This document shows, piece by piece, positions 22,775-32,756 of a stretch of 64,000 nt of DNA. The notes below the pieces were generated by a model. The model was given only the letters and a program-made list of their open reading frames with translations, did no database searches and was not told where the DNA came from. The position numbers were made by a program, and so were the translations under genes. This DNA comes from an uncultured Bdellovibrionales bacterium (GTDB lineage: Bacteria > Patescibacteriota > Minisyncoccia > Moranbacterales > UBA9337). The stretch spans positions 38,667 through 102,666 of the forward strand of contig CAZSCV010000004.1 in the NCBI GenBank assembly GCA_964605525.1. The letters are read 5' to 3'. Position 1 is the stretch's first letter. Every line of letters begins with the position of its first letter.

Positions 22775-23134
22775 TTATTCGGCTATCTCTTGCGTCAAGC
22801 TTTTTTCTCGGATAGATTCTTTTATTTTCCCCCAATCCAAAAAATTATTCTGCAAATTAAATATCGAATACAAATACTGGACCAAAAAAATAATCACTGC
22901 CAGAAAAATAACGCCAAAAATAACCGCTGATAAGAATATTCCGACCAAGAAAATTTTCGTCCTTTTTTGGTATTTTTTCAACTCGGCATAAGAACTGAAT
23001 TTTTTCAAATAACTCTCTTCACCCTTGAATACATTTTTCTTTTCTTGCGCGCGCAATTGGCATTCTGAAGAATACCGAAAAACGAAAAAATATACATCGC
23101 GAACCGCCGTCCATATTTTTTTTAAAAAATTCAT
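22775..23134 (-). CDS. hypothetical membrane protein
   Basis: 119-aa ORF with one long TM segment. Confidence 0.6.
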   Translation of the reverse strand: MNFLKKIWTAVRDVYFFVFRYSSECQLRAQEKKNVFKGEESYLKKFSSYAELKKYQKRTKIFLVGIFLSAVIFGVIFLAVIIFLVQYLYSIFNLQNNFLDWGKIKESIREKSLTQEIAE

Positions 23135-23204
23135 TTTTTTGGTTAAACTTGGATATCTCCCAAATATTTATAATTCAATCTTTTTGATATTATAACATAA
23201 AATT

Positions 23205-25166
23205 TTATTTTCCTTGAATTTTTCGCAATTGATAAATCTCATCGCGAACAAGCGCCGCTCTTTCAAAATCCAAATTGCGCGCCGCTTCTTTCATTTCTCT
23301 TTCTTTATTTTTAATGTATCCGTTTACATCTTCCAATGTTTCCAGCCTGACAAAATCCTGCGGAACTTGAGGATTGATTTCATGATCCACAATTGATTGA
23401 ATTTTTTTCTTGATTGTCTTGGGCGTTATTTTGTGTTTTTTGTTATATTCTTTTTGTAATTTTCTCCTCCGATTTGTTTCATCAATCGCTTTTTTCATTG
23501 AACCCGTAATCCTGTCGGCATATAAAATCACTCTTCCGCTCACATTGCGCGCCGCCCTTCCAATTGTCTGAATTAGGGAGGTTTCACTGCGCAAAAATCC
23601 TTCCTTATCGGCATCCAAAATCGCCACCAGGGAAACTTCCGGCAAATCCAATCCTTCGCGCAAAAGATTCACTCCAACCAAGGCATCAAATTTCCCGCGC
23701 CGCAAATCTTCCAAAATGGAAATTCGGTCCAACGTATCCACTCCGCTGTGCAAATATTCCGATTTGATTTCATTTTCCTTGAGAAATTCCGCCAAATCTT
23801 CCGCCTGTTTTTTGGTGAGTGTTGTAATCAGTACCCGTTCTTTTTTCTTTGAAACTTTTTTGATTTCTTCCAAAATATCTTTTACTTGGCTTCGCGTCGG
23901 ACGCATTATCAATTCCGGATCAATCAATCCTGTTGGACGTATAATCTGTTCTACCATTTCTCCTTCTGTTTTTTCATTTTCATACCGGCTTGGCGTAGCG
24001 CTGGTAAAAATAACCTGGTTTATTCTTTTTTCAAATTCGGAAAATTTCAAAGGACGATTATCCAGCGCACTGGGCAAACGAAATCCATTTTCCACCAAAG
24101 CTTCTTTGCGCGCCTTGTCTCCGGCATACATCGCTCCGATTTGCGGAACGGTCACGTGCGATTCATCAATTACCAGTAAAAAATCATCTCCAAAATAATC
24201 GATCAGGGTATATGGAGCTTCGCCGGACTTTCTGCCAGTTAAAAATCTGGAATAATTTTCAATTCCGTTGCAATATCCCAATTCGCGCATCATTTCAATA
24301 TCGTGTTTTGTCCGGCGTCGAAGCCTTTCCGCTTCCAATATTTTTCCTTTTTTCTCAAGATATTCCACTCTCACTTTCATCTCTTTTTCGATGTTTTTCA
24401 ACACGCCTTCCATCATCGGCTCCGGAACAACAAAATGCTTGGCGGGAAAAAATATCGCCTTTTCCAAAACGGATAATTTTTCTCCTGTCAAAAAATCGTA
24501 TTCGGCAATATTTGCGACTTCGCCATTTTCCAATTCAACGCGCGTTATCACTTCGCGGCTGGGAGGAATAATCTCGATAATATTTCCGATCGAACGGAAT
24601 TTTCCGCGCGCCAGAATATCACTGCGCTGATAATGCATTTCCACCAGTCTTTTCATCAATTTCTCCCTGTCAGTTTTTTCTCCGACTGAAATTGCCAGTG
24701 TCGTGTCCTGATAATATTCCGGACTACCCAAACCGTAGATACAAGAAACACTGGCGACAATAATCACATCGCGGCGCGACAAAACCGCCGCTGTGGCGCT
24801 GTGGCGCAAGCGGTCTATTTCTTCATTTATCTGCGCTTCTTTTTCAATATATGTATCCGATGATGCGATGTATGCTTCCGGCTGGTAATAATCATAGTAG
24901 GAAACGAAATATTCCACTGCGTTTTTTGGAAAGAAAACGCGGAATTCTTGCACTAATTGCGCCGCCAAAGTTTTGTTCGGAGCAATCACCAGGGTCGGTT
25001 TTTGAATTTTTTCGATTACGTTGGCAATCGTGAATGTTTTTCCCGATCCGGTCACACCCAAAAGCGTCTGGAATTTTTTCCCGGATTTCATTCCCCGTGT
25101 CAACTTTTCAATCGCCTGAGGCTGATCCCCCGCCGGCTTGAATTTTGAATTTATCTTAAATTTCAT
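23205..25166 (-). CDS. uvrB: excinuclease ABC subunit B
   Basis: PAGDQP, GVTGSGKT, YYDYYQPEAY, DESH, LLREGLDLPEV. Confidence 0.97.
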   Translation of the reverse strand: MKFKINSKFKPAGDQPQAIEKLTRGMKSGKKFQTLLGVTGSGKTFTIANVIEKIQKPTLVIAPNKTLAAQLVQEFRVFFPKNAVEYFVSYYDYYQPEAYIASSDTYIEKEAQINEEIDRLRHSATAAVLSRRDVIIVASVSCIYGLGSPEYYQDTTLAISVGEKTDREKLMKRLVEMHYQRSDILARGKFRSIGNIIEIIPPSREVITRVELENGEVANIAEYDFLTGEKLSVLEKAIFFPAKHFVVPEPMMEGVLKNIEKEMKVRVEYLEKKGKILEAERLRRRTKHDIEMMRELGYCNGIENYSRFLTGRKSGEAPYTLIDYFGDDFLLVIDESHVTVPQIGAMYAGDKARKEALVENGFRLPSALDNRPLKFSEFEKRINQVIFTSATPSRYENEKTEGEMVEQIIRPTGLIDPELIMRPTRSQVKDILEEIKKVSKKKERVLITTLTKKQAEDLAEFLKENEIKSEYLHSGVDTLDRISILEDLRRGKFDALVGVNLLREGLDLPEVSLVAILDADKEGFLRSETSLIQTIGRAARNVSGRVILYADRITGSMKKAIDETNRRRKLQKEYNKKHKITPKTIKKKIQSIVDHEINPQVPQDFVRLETLEDVNGYIKNKEREMKEAARNLDFERAALVRDEIYQLRKIQGK

Positions 25167-25223
25167 AAATATAAAGAATTAAACTATAAAATGAGTCTCG
25201 CCCCGTGATAAAAATTCTGATTT

Positions 25224-25277
25224 TTATTTTACGGGGTCCCCCGCCGGCTCAAATTTTGAATCAATCTCAAATTTCAT
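25224..25277 (-). pseudogene. displaced duplicate of the uvrB 5' end
   Basis: Reads MKFEIDSKFEPAGDPVK* against uvrB MKFKINSKFKPAGDQ; diverges at a CCCCGT...ACGGGG palindrome (25201-25236). Confidence 0.75.
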
Positions 25278-25433
25278 AATTTCATTCTAGCATACTAACA
25301 TTTTATCATTTTAGCAATATTCGGAAAAATACAGACATACATCCTTAATTAATTGCACCAAAAAACAGACGCCATGTCTGTTTTTTTAAAATTCAAAGCC
25401 TCTATTTTATGTCTTAAATTTTATGTCTGTTTT

Positions 25434-25991
25434 CTACGCTCTGGAAACGTATTCTCCTTTTTCTGTGTTTACAATTACAATGTCGCCTTCTTTGACAAAC
25501 AACGGCGTGGTTATTTTCAGTCCCGTTTCCAAAGTCACAACCTTGTCCCCGCCGGAAGCAGTGTCGCCTTTGAGTCCCGGAGGAGCTTCAATAACACGAA
25601 ATTGCATCTTGATCGGCAACTCAAGATTGATCGGATTGCCATTGAAATTTAAAATAGAAACTTCCGTCCCTTCAAGCAAATATTTCTCCGCCCCGTCTAA
25701 AACGGTACTAGAAAGATTAAACTGATCGTAATTTCCCATATCCATAAAAACGAAATCATCGCCTTCCCGGTACAGATACTGCGCTTTGGACTTGGAAATA
25801 TCCGCTTCTTCCACCTTATCCGCTCCTTGAAAAGTTTTTTCCAAAACCGCTCCCGTTGCCAAGTTTTTCAATTTGGTGCGAAGTACCGCTCCGGCTCGTC
25901 CGGTTTTGGAATGTTCGTCACGAATCACCACAAAAGGCTCTCCGTCCAAAGTGATGGTTTTTCCTGTTTTAATATCAGAAATTGAAAGCAT
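25434..25991 (-). CDS. efp: translation elongation factor P
   Basis: KTGRAGA, EKTF, PPG.KGDTASGG.K, LETG, Y.SRA. Confidence 0.95.
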   Translation of the reverse strand: MLSISDIKTGKTITLDGEPFVVIRDEHSKTGRAGAVLRTKLKNLATGAVLEKTFQGADKVEEADISKSKAQYLYREGDDFVFMDMGNYDQFNLSSTVLDGAEKYLLEGTEVSILNFNGNPINLELPIKMQFRVIEAPPGLKGDTASGGDKVVTLETGLKITTPLFVKEGDIVIVNTEKGEYVSRA

Positions 25992-26053
25992 ATTTGTGAA
26001 ATTTTTAATTACTACCAAAAAAAATTAAAATGCGCTAAATTAATTTTTTACAA

Positions 26054-26207
26054 CTTTCCGAAAAATAATAAATTTTTATTTTTACTCACGTCTTTGTGCG
26101 TATAAATCAAAAACTTTATGCCCAAACCAACCGATATTTAACAAAAAAGGAACAAAATAACCAAAAGGGACGGTTGGAAAAATAAAAATTTATTATTTTT
26201 CGGAAAG
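26054..26207. mobile_element. 154-bp MITE-like hairpin element, copy 1
   Basis: ~30-bp perfect terminal IR CTTTCCGAAAAATAATAAATTTTTATTTTT; a similar copy lies at 61117-61270. Confidence 0.8.
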
Positions 26208-26232
26208 ATAGTGTTTCAGTTTATGATCGACA

Positions 26233-26445
26233 TTATCTCGCTACGAAAGGAAGCAGACCCATAATTCTTCCTTTTTTGATTGCTTCAGTCAAACTTCTCT
26301 GATGCCTGGTGCAAACGCCGTGTCTTCGCGGAGGATAAATCTTCCCCTGAGAATTCATAAAACGACGCAACAAATAAGCATTTTTATAATCAATTTTGTC
26401 AATTTTTTCCTGGCAAAAATAACAACCCTTTTTTACATTTTCCAT
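26233..26445 (-). CDS. rpsR: 30S ribosomal protein S18
   Basis: C.FC....IDYKN..LL.RF...GKI.P.R, HQR.L..AIK. Confidence 0.95.
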   Translation of the reverse strand: MENVKKGCYFCQEKIDKIDYKNAYLLRRFMNSQGKIYPPRRHGVCTRHQRSLTEAIKKGRIMGLLPFVAR

Positions 26446-26476
26446 AATTTTAAATTATTTAATAGTTCTTTAATCT

Positions 26477-26998
26477 TTAAAATGGCACGTCTTCAATTCG
26501 AACATCTTCTTGTTCCTCATCCAGATTGATAGTCGGAATATTATCATCCTGCACAGGAGGTTTCTGCACGGGAGCGGATTGCCTTTGCACGGGAGCGCTT
26601 GCCTGTTGTTTTGGAGTGCTAAACGAATTTCCCCCTCCGGAATATCCGCCCTCTTGTCCTCCACTTCCCTGAGGACGACTGCCTAATTGCATATTTTCCG
26701 CAACCACTTCAGTTGTTCGTCTTTCTATCCCATCTTTTCCGGTATATGTTCTTGTTTGCAATCTTCCTTCAAAAAAGGCTTCTTGTCCTTTGGTCAAATA
26801 TTGCCCGCAAATCTCCGCCGATCTTCCAAAAAGAACAATATTGTGAAATTCGGTGTTTTTTTGCTTCTGCCCGCTGGCATCAGTCCAAAAACTGTTAGTG
26901 GCGATACTCACGCTAGCGACAGTTTTTCCGCCAGTGGTTGTTCGCAACTCCGGGTCACGAGTCAATCGACCAACCAAGATAACTTTATTTACGTTCAT
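26477..26998 (-). CDS. ssb: single-stranded DNA-binding protein
   Basis: NKVILVGRLTRDPELR; C-terminal EDVPF. Confidence 0.97.
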   Translation of the reverse strand: MNVNKVILVGRLTRDPELRTTTGGKTVASVSIATNSFWTDASGQKQKNTEFHNIVLFGRSAEICGQYLTKGQEAFFEGRLQTRTYTGKDGIERRTTEVVAENMQLGSRPQGSGGQEGGYSGGGNSFSTPKQQASAPVQRQSAPVQKPPVQDDNIPTINLDEEQEDVRIEDVPF

Positions 26999-27080
26999 AA
27001 TATTGGAATTTTTAATTTAAAATTTTTAATCAATTTCTAATAAATCAATCTTCAAATTTTAAAATATTAAAAAAATAAAA

Positions 27081-27740
27081 TTAAATATTGAGTATTTCGT
27101 CTAATTTTTTGTCGATATCATTTTCTTTTACTGTTTTCTTTTTCTTATCGGAAACCTTCTTCTCATTTTTCTTTTCCTTCTTTTCTTCTATTTTATCACT
27201 TTTTTCTTCTTTTTCAACTTTCTTAACTGATGCTTTCTTTTTTATCGGCGCTTCAACTTCAGGAGAAACAACAGCTTCTTCTTTTTTCTCTTCTTTTACT
27301 TCTTCTTTTTTCTCAACCTTTTCCGTTTTTGCAATCTCTCTTTTGGCTTCTTCTCTTCTGAAACTCTGTCTTGGTTGTCCGGATTTTTCTTCTTTTTTGG
27401 TTTCCGCCTTAAGTTCCGGCAATTGATCCGCGCGAGTAATTATAAATCTCAAAATATCCCTGTTTTGCAAAAGCTTTGTGTTAATTTCAGCGACAATATC
27501 TTTATTTGGAATATCCTTTTCTTCTCTCTCATCTTTATCTAAAATTTCAAATCTTTTGGCAACATACACTCCGCGGGATTCTTTCTTGATCTCATAGGAC
27601 ATTTTTCGGCGAGTAACCACTTCCACTTCCAAAATTTTTCCTCCCTCACCGGAAACAACTTCATCAACTTCCTTTTTAATTTTATCCAGATCATGCTCTC
27701 TGGATTCTCCTACTAAATAAAACAATTCGTATTCAATCAT
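27081..27740 (-). CDS. rpsF: 30S ribosomal protein S6 with long Lys/Glu tail
   Basis: YEL, R.MSYEIKK..RG.Y, ILRF; rpsF-ssb-rpsR order. Confidence 0.88.
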   Translation of the reverse strand: MIEYELFYLVGESREHDLDKIKKEVDEVVSGEGGKILEVEVVTRRKMSYEIKKESRGVYVAKRFEILDKDEREEKDIPNKDIVAEINTKLLQNRDILRFIITRADQLPELKAETKKEEKSGQPRQSFRREEAKREIAKTEKVEKKEEVKEEKKEEAVVSPEVEAPIKKKASVKKVEKEEKSDKIEEKKEKKNEKKVSDKKKKTVKENDIDKKLDEILNI

Positions 27741-27794
27741 TTTTTTTATAATTACAATTAATTAATTTATTATTATGACTCACGCAATTGAATA

Positions 27795-27894
27795 AATAAA
27801 AACCACAAAGAAAATCCAGCTTTGCGGCTAAATCGCTCCTTATCCCAACCAAATGTCAGGCGAGGCGCGAACAGGACTTTCTCAGTTGTTCCCC
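27795..27894 (-). ncRNA. structured leader or ncRNA upstream of rpsF
   Basis: GAGAAAGUCC/GGAUUUUCUU, UCGC/GCGA and CCUGAC/GUUGGG form a rod; TTGCCA...TACAGT promoter-like boxes lie just upstream. Confidence 0.4.
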
Positions 27895-28001
27895 TACTGT
27901 ATCAGACTATTTCTCTTTTGGCAAGCCCACTAAGGAAAATAAATTTTACGCCCTTCTTGATGCTTGATATAATAAAGAATATAAAAATTCATAAAAATAA
28001 A

Positions 28002-28685
28002 ATGAAACGGATAGCAACAAATAAAGAAATTTTTGCCGGCGTTGGTACGATTATAATTATAGGCATCGTCGTTACAGGTGGGATGATTATTCGTGAAAAT
28101 AGAAAAAATAAACATGAACTACAAAAATCTGAACAAGAGGATTGGAAATATAATCAGGAGAAGGAAAATATAATCACTTATTATGAAAATAAAAGTTATA
28201 ATTATAGAATAGAAAATCTAACTAGTTTTAATGTAGAAACTGGATCCGTAAAAAACCCAGACTCCTTAATCAAAATTATTTCAAAAGCTGATAATACTCC
28301 ATTATTTTCCATTGACGCTGAAATATCAAAATTTAGCAATGTCAATGATTGGTTGGATGATTATCAAAAAAAACTGTCCCAAATAACTTCTTATGAAGGA
28401 GTTGAGATTAATCCTCCTGTCATTTTGTCAAAAGAGAAAATATATATTGATGGAATTGAAGCAATAAAACTTACCATTGAAAACATGCCTTATTCCGATT
28501 ATCTGATTGCTATTATTAAAAATAAGTTTATATATACAATTTCTTATAATGGATTACTTCTGACAAGCGAAAAGGATGCATTAAAAGAGCAATCAAATAA
28601 TCAGTCGGATCTAGCTTTAACCTTCAAGATAAAGCATCGAGCGGAACTAGATAAAATAATAGATTCCTTTCGATTTGTTAATTAA
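28002..28685 (+). CDS. membrane-anchored protein (PsbP-like, low GC)
   Basis: N-terminal TM helix; I.IDGIEA; C-terminal DKIIDSFRF. Confidence 0.7.
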   Translation: MKRIATNKEIFAGVGTIIIIGIVVTGGMIIRENRKNKHELQKSEQEDWKYNQEKENIITYYENKSYNYRIENLTSFNVETGSVKNPDSLIKIISKADNTPLFSIDAEISKFSNVNDWLDDYQKKLSQITSYEGVEINPPVILSKEKIYIDGIEAIKLTIENMPYSDYLIAIIKNKFIYTISYNGLLLTSEKDALKEQSNNQSDLALTFKIKHRAELDKIIDSFRFVN

Positions 28686-28711
28686 ATAAATATAAACTTA
28701 CAAAAAATAAA

Positions 28712-29476
28712 ATGAAACAAAAAATTCGAATCTATCTATTGAGTGCCGTCGGAGTTTTTTTAGTAATAATTATATGGTTGGCAGTTTTAGAAAAAAGTGA
28801 ATGGAAAAAAATACAAAATACCAAACAATTACCCGGAGAACCATCACAACAAGAATGTTTTGAAAAAAATCAACTTTCTCAAGATCAGCAAGTTAATTCG
28901 AATCAATCTTATCAATGTCATAATATTTTCAAAACTAGATTAATTGGTGATGGCTGTTATGAAATAAAAGATGGACAGCCAGACAAGTATCATTTTAGGA
29001 GTGATTTTAATATAGATCCTGCTAATATGAATATTAATTATAAAAACGAAGACTTTGGAATTTCTTTTGATATTCCTTATAATAAAAACTGGGGAAATAA
29101 AAACTGTGTAGTTTTGCCTTATCTGGAGTCAAGTGATTTATCTAGCAATTCCTTAAGTGTTGATTTTGGACCATTCAGGGAGTGGTCGGGAAATTCTTAT
29201 ACCTTTAATATCGGACAAAGAAGAAGCGCGGAAGACATAATAAATAATCAGAAAGATGTTGACGCCAAAAATAATCCAAGAATAAAAATTGTCGGACAAT
29301 ATCAATTAGTGGTATATGAAAGCTATGGCATGGGAATAAGCAGATATTACGAAATCACTGGAGAAAAAAATAATTATATATTTGAACATTTTCAAGCAAA
29401 TAACAATCAGAAAAATACCGACATTGAATCTTATGGATTAGAAAGTGTAATTAAAACATTTCACACAAATCAATAA
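28712..29476 (+). CDS. membrane-anchored hypothetical protein (low GC)
   Basis: N-terminal TM helix; YKNEDFGISFDIP; ends ESVIKTF. Confidence 0.7.
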   Translation: MKQKIRIYLLSAVGVFLVIIIWLAVLEKSEWKKIQNTKQLPGEPSQQECFEKNQLSQDQQVNSNQSYQCHNIFKTRLIGDGCYEIKDGQPDKYHFRSDFNIDPANMNINYKNEDFGISFDIPYNKNWGNKNCVVLPYLESSDLSSNSLSVDFGPFREWSGNSYTFNIGQRRSAEDIINNQKDVDAKNNPRIKIVGQYQLVVYESYGMGISRYYEITGEKNNYIFEHFQANNNQKNTDIESYGLESVIKTFHTNQ

Positions 29477-29638
29477 GTTGTTCGTTGAATAAAATTCATT
29501 TCTTTTTAAAGATTCAATGGTTAAAAAAAAATAACAGGGCAAAGCTAAATGTTTTGCCCTGTTATTATACGTTGAAATTTCAACATCAAACTATCCGACT
29601 TTTGGCAAGCCCTGGGATATACCGAAATAGCAGAACTA

Positions 29639-30823
29639 TCACCAAGCTTTTTTCAAGATATTGTTGATGGTTTTTTCGTCGTCGCAGGAATATTTTTTTG
29701 AAGGCGAATAAAAATTTTTCTTACCGCCATAACATCCGCCGTTATCTTTCGGAAGTACCGCCAAAATCGGCAGCATAAACCCCTTTCCTTGGGAAGTGAA
29801 AAAATCGTGCAGGTCCCGCAATGTTTTTCTTCTTTTGTCATCATCCATTCTAGCGAAAGTACTCATATCATCCCCAATTTGCGGTGTCCAATCGAGATGC
29901 AAGAAAACATTATTGGCTTTCTTGGCAAACTTGTCATTCCAGAGGAGCGCCCAGCACCAATCCCCTTCTTTTTTCCACCAGCGAGAAAAACACGGACCGT
30001 TTTCCAATGTTCCATCAGAGTACAATCCCACGCCGCCCTCAATAAAATCAAAATTACGCAAATATTTTTCATTAGTAATGTCATTGGTCTGCGCGCCGAC
30101 AACAATTTTCATTTTTTTGGAATCAGCATACTCCCTCATATCCGCAATTATTTTTGTAATCCTTGGATTGTTCAAATCGCCCCCCTCTTGCAAAAAAACC
30201 TGTCCAAAAAGAAAACTCTGGATCCCCATATCCATTGCTTGCTCGGTGATATATTTCAAATACGCGCGATATTCTCCTGAATTAAATGACGGAATGCAGA
30301 TATTTTTCTTCCAATGATCGGGATTGTTGTCTTGGCACATTTTTTCAAAATCAAACTTGCGGTCTTCCTCCGGATACCGATAGAGAACTTTTGTGTTGAC
30401 CGCCTCAGCAATAAACATTCCGTACACGATATTCTCTTTTTCAATTTTCGCTTTGATTTTTTTGGCTTTTTCAAAATCCGGCTTGTCCGCCCAAGTCTCC
30501 AGCGCGCGATGAAGATAATAGCAATCAGACCGGTTAACCACGTTGATCATTTCCTTGGTATCGCCTCCGAATCCGGAGAGAATTCCATCCGCCACGCACC
30601 CTTGTTTTTTCATTCTTTCAATATTGGGCGGAAGCGGAGGAGGCAGTGGCGAGGGAAACAAAACAGGAACCGCTTCAGCGACCTTCTTTTTTGCGATTAT
30701 AATCATCTGCGAAAATTCCGGAGAAAAATTTCCGCTTTCTTTGACCACAACAAAAACAACTGCCGAAGACAAGGCAACTAAAATCAAAGTTCCAACCCAA
30801 GTATTAATAATTTTGTTTTCCAT
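29639..30823 (-). CDS. membrane-anchored hypothetical protein
   Basis: Long ORF with TM helix, Pro-rich linker and Cys-containing domain. Confidence 0.75.
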   Translation of the reverse strand: MENKIINTWVGTLILVALSSAVVFVVVKESGNFSPEFSQMIIIAKKKVAEAVPVLFPSPLPPPLPPNIERMKKQGCVADGILSGFGGDTKEMINVVNRSDCYYLHRALETWADKPDFEKAKKIKAKIEKENIVYGMFIAEAVNTKVLYRYPEEDRKFDFEKMCQDNNPDHWKKNICIPSFNSGEYRAYLKYITEQAMDMGIQSFLFGQVFLQEGGDLNNPRITKIIADMREYADSKKMKIVVGAQTNDITNEKYLRNFDFIEGGVGLYSDGTLENGPCFSRWWKKEGDWCWALLWNDKFAKKANNVFLHLDWTPQIGDDMSTFARMDDDKRRKTLRDLHDFFTSQGKGFMLPILAVLPKDNGGCYGGKKNFYSPSKKYSCDDEKTINNILKKAW

Positions 30824-30981
30824 AATCCAAAAAATTCTCTTCCTGCATCTTAATAATACCATCTACTACCATTTTCAACCAAGAAATATTTTGCTCATGA
30901 AAGATAAATAGCATTGCGTATGTACTAGTAGTTGCAGTGGAACAACCATTGCAACTAACTTGCGATTTTTAGCTATAAAAT

Positions 30982-31164
30982 ATGAAAGTAATTAAAAAAC
31001 AACGCGTGACATTATTCCTGAACCCCGATCTTTTGAAACAAGCCAAAGCGCAGGCTATTGTTGACGGCGTGAGCTTAACTGCTCTAGTTGAAAAAATCTT
31101 AATTAAACATTTACCCAAAGAAACAATAATTAGAAGGACTGATATTCACCATCTAACAACTTAA
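30982..31164 (+). CDS. ribbon-helix-helix (CopG-like) protein
   Basis: RVTLFLNPDLLKQAKAQA....SLTALVE; palindrome TAGTTGCA...TGCAACTA at ~30929-30957. Confidence 0.75.
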   Translation: MKVIKKQRVTLFLNPDLLKQAKAQAIVDGVSLTALVEKILIKHLPKETIIRRTDIHHLTT

Positions 31165-31231
31165 CTAATTAAATAAAAGTGACCTAGAAAGATTCTCGTT
31201 TAGTTCAAATTAATAACTAATCTATAATCAT

Positions 31232-31591
31232 ATGGATTCATCAACTTCTTCCAGCACAAAACCTCTCTATCGCGGAACGCAAATTGTTTGGTATCTCTTG
31301 GGACTTCTGGAAATATTACTGGCGTTTCGTTTCATCTTGAAATTACTTGGAGCCAATATGGAGGCCGGTTTCACCAGTTTTATCTATGGGGTAACCTACA
31401 TTTTCACCGCTCCTTTCCTGAGTGTTTTTAATGTTTCCAGAGTATCGGGCAGTGTCTTTGAATGGACGACGCTCTTGGCAATGTTTGTGTATTGGATAAT
31501 TGCCATCGGCATAATCAAATTGTTTCTTATGGGAAAAACTGTTTCAACATCAGAAGCCGCAGTTAAATTAGACGAGCAAGAAAAAAAATAA
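31232..31591 (+). CDS. YggT-like membrane protein
   Basis: LEILLAFRFILKLLGAN...F..FIY.VT..F.APF. Confidence 0.75.
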   Translation: MDSSTSSSTKPLYRGTQIVWYLLGLLEILLAFRFILKLLGANMEAGFTSFIYGVTYIFTAPFLSVFNVSRVSGSVFEWTTLLAMFVYWIIAIGIIKLFLMGKTVSTSEAAVKLDEQEKK

Positions 31592-31608
31592 TTAATTAAA
31601 AAAAATAT

Positions 31609-31848
31609 ATGAGCATTATTTTATGGATTATTTTTGGAGCAATCGTAGGTTGGGTCGCCTCACTAGTTATGGGCACCAACGATAGCTTAGTTCTAAATAT
31701 TATTCTGGGAATCGTGGGAGCTATGTTAGGCGGATGGCTGATGAGCTTTCTGGGAGAAAGCGGAGTTACAGGTTTCAACCTGTACAGTATGTTTGTAGCG
31801 CTAATTGGAGCAATAATCCTAATAACAATCGTAAAAGCCATCCGCTAA
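31609..31848 (+). CDS. GlsB/YeaQ/YmgE family membrane protein
   Basis: WIIFGAIVGWVAS...NIILGIVGA..GG. Confidence 0.9.
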   Translation: MSIILWIIFGAIVGWVASLVMGTNDSLVLNIILGIVGAMLGGWLMSFLGESGVTGFNLYSMFVALIGAIILITIVKAIR

Positions 31849-31971
31849 AAAAGACATCGTCGCGGCAGAACAAAAAAACGGCTCAGTGTATTGAGTCGTT
31901 TTTTTAATGAACTGCTTAGTTAATACGGTTAGAACTGGATTTATAAAAAGAAGCTTTGTTTGGGATTGACA

Positions 31972-32694
31972 TCATTCTTTGATTCCCAAAAACTCAAATA
32001 ATTCTTCTGAATAGTTGTTAATTATTAAATCATCCGTTAAGCCAATTTCTTCTTTTATTGAAGTAAGCGAGGAATCGTCACCCAATTCCCAGATATTATG
32101 AGCATCACTGCCTAAAATAACCTTTTTTCCATTTCTTCTAACAATATCAATGATTATCTTTAAATTTGAAATAGTGAACGACTGCAATTTTCTACCTTTT
32201 ATATAAGAAAAATTGACTTCCAGAAGAACATTGTTCTTGCAAGCTTCTTCGCTTATCTTTTCCATATCAACATCATAGGATTTTGTATTGAATGGATGTG
32301 TAATAATATCTATCTTTCCTGACCTAATCAGTTTGATTAATGTTTCAGTGTTACCTTCTTTCCCTTGGTCGATATATCCAGCGTTTTCATGAAAACTTGC
32401 CATAACAAAATCAAGTCTTTCAGCCAGTTTATCACTCACATCGATATCGCCGCCTTCATTGATAACATTCGCTTCAATTCCTTTTAGGACACGAATTCCA
32501 TCAACAACATCGGGAATCCTATCTAATGTCCTGAAATAAACTTCTGTTGTAAGGGTTTCCGCATTATTAGGACCATGGTCACTAATGCCGATAACATTCA
32601 TCTTTAACTTCTTTGCCTGTTCAATATACTCAACTAAAGTACATTGCGCATGACCGCTGGCAACTGTATGGAGATGGAGATCGATTTTTAACAT
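31972..32694 (-). CDS. PHP-domain phosphatase (YcdX-like)
   Basis: DLHLHTVASGHA, ISDHG, GIEAN, LEVN, GSDAH. Confidence 0.9.
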   Translation of the reverse strand: MLKIDLHLHTVASGHAQCTLVEYIEQAKKLKMNVIGISDHGPNNAETLTTEVYFRTLDRIPDVVDGIRVLKGIEANVINEGGDIDVSDKLAERLDFVMASFHENAGYIDQGKEGNTETLIKLIRSGKIDIITHPFNTKSYDVDMEKISEEACKNNVLLEVNFSYIKGRKLQSFTISNLKIIIDIVRRNGKKVILGSDAHNIWELGDDSSLTSIKEEIGLTDDLIINNYSEELFEFLGIKE

Positions 32695-32756
32695 AGATAT
32701 TATATTTATTATGCATCTATTTTTATTATACCTATATTGTACGCCAAAAATTATGC

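Noticed and set aside
27795-27894. RNase P RNA, from the GAGAAAGTCC motif
   Set aside because: Too short and lacks the other conserved RNase P regions.
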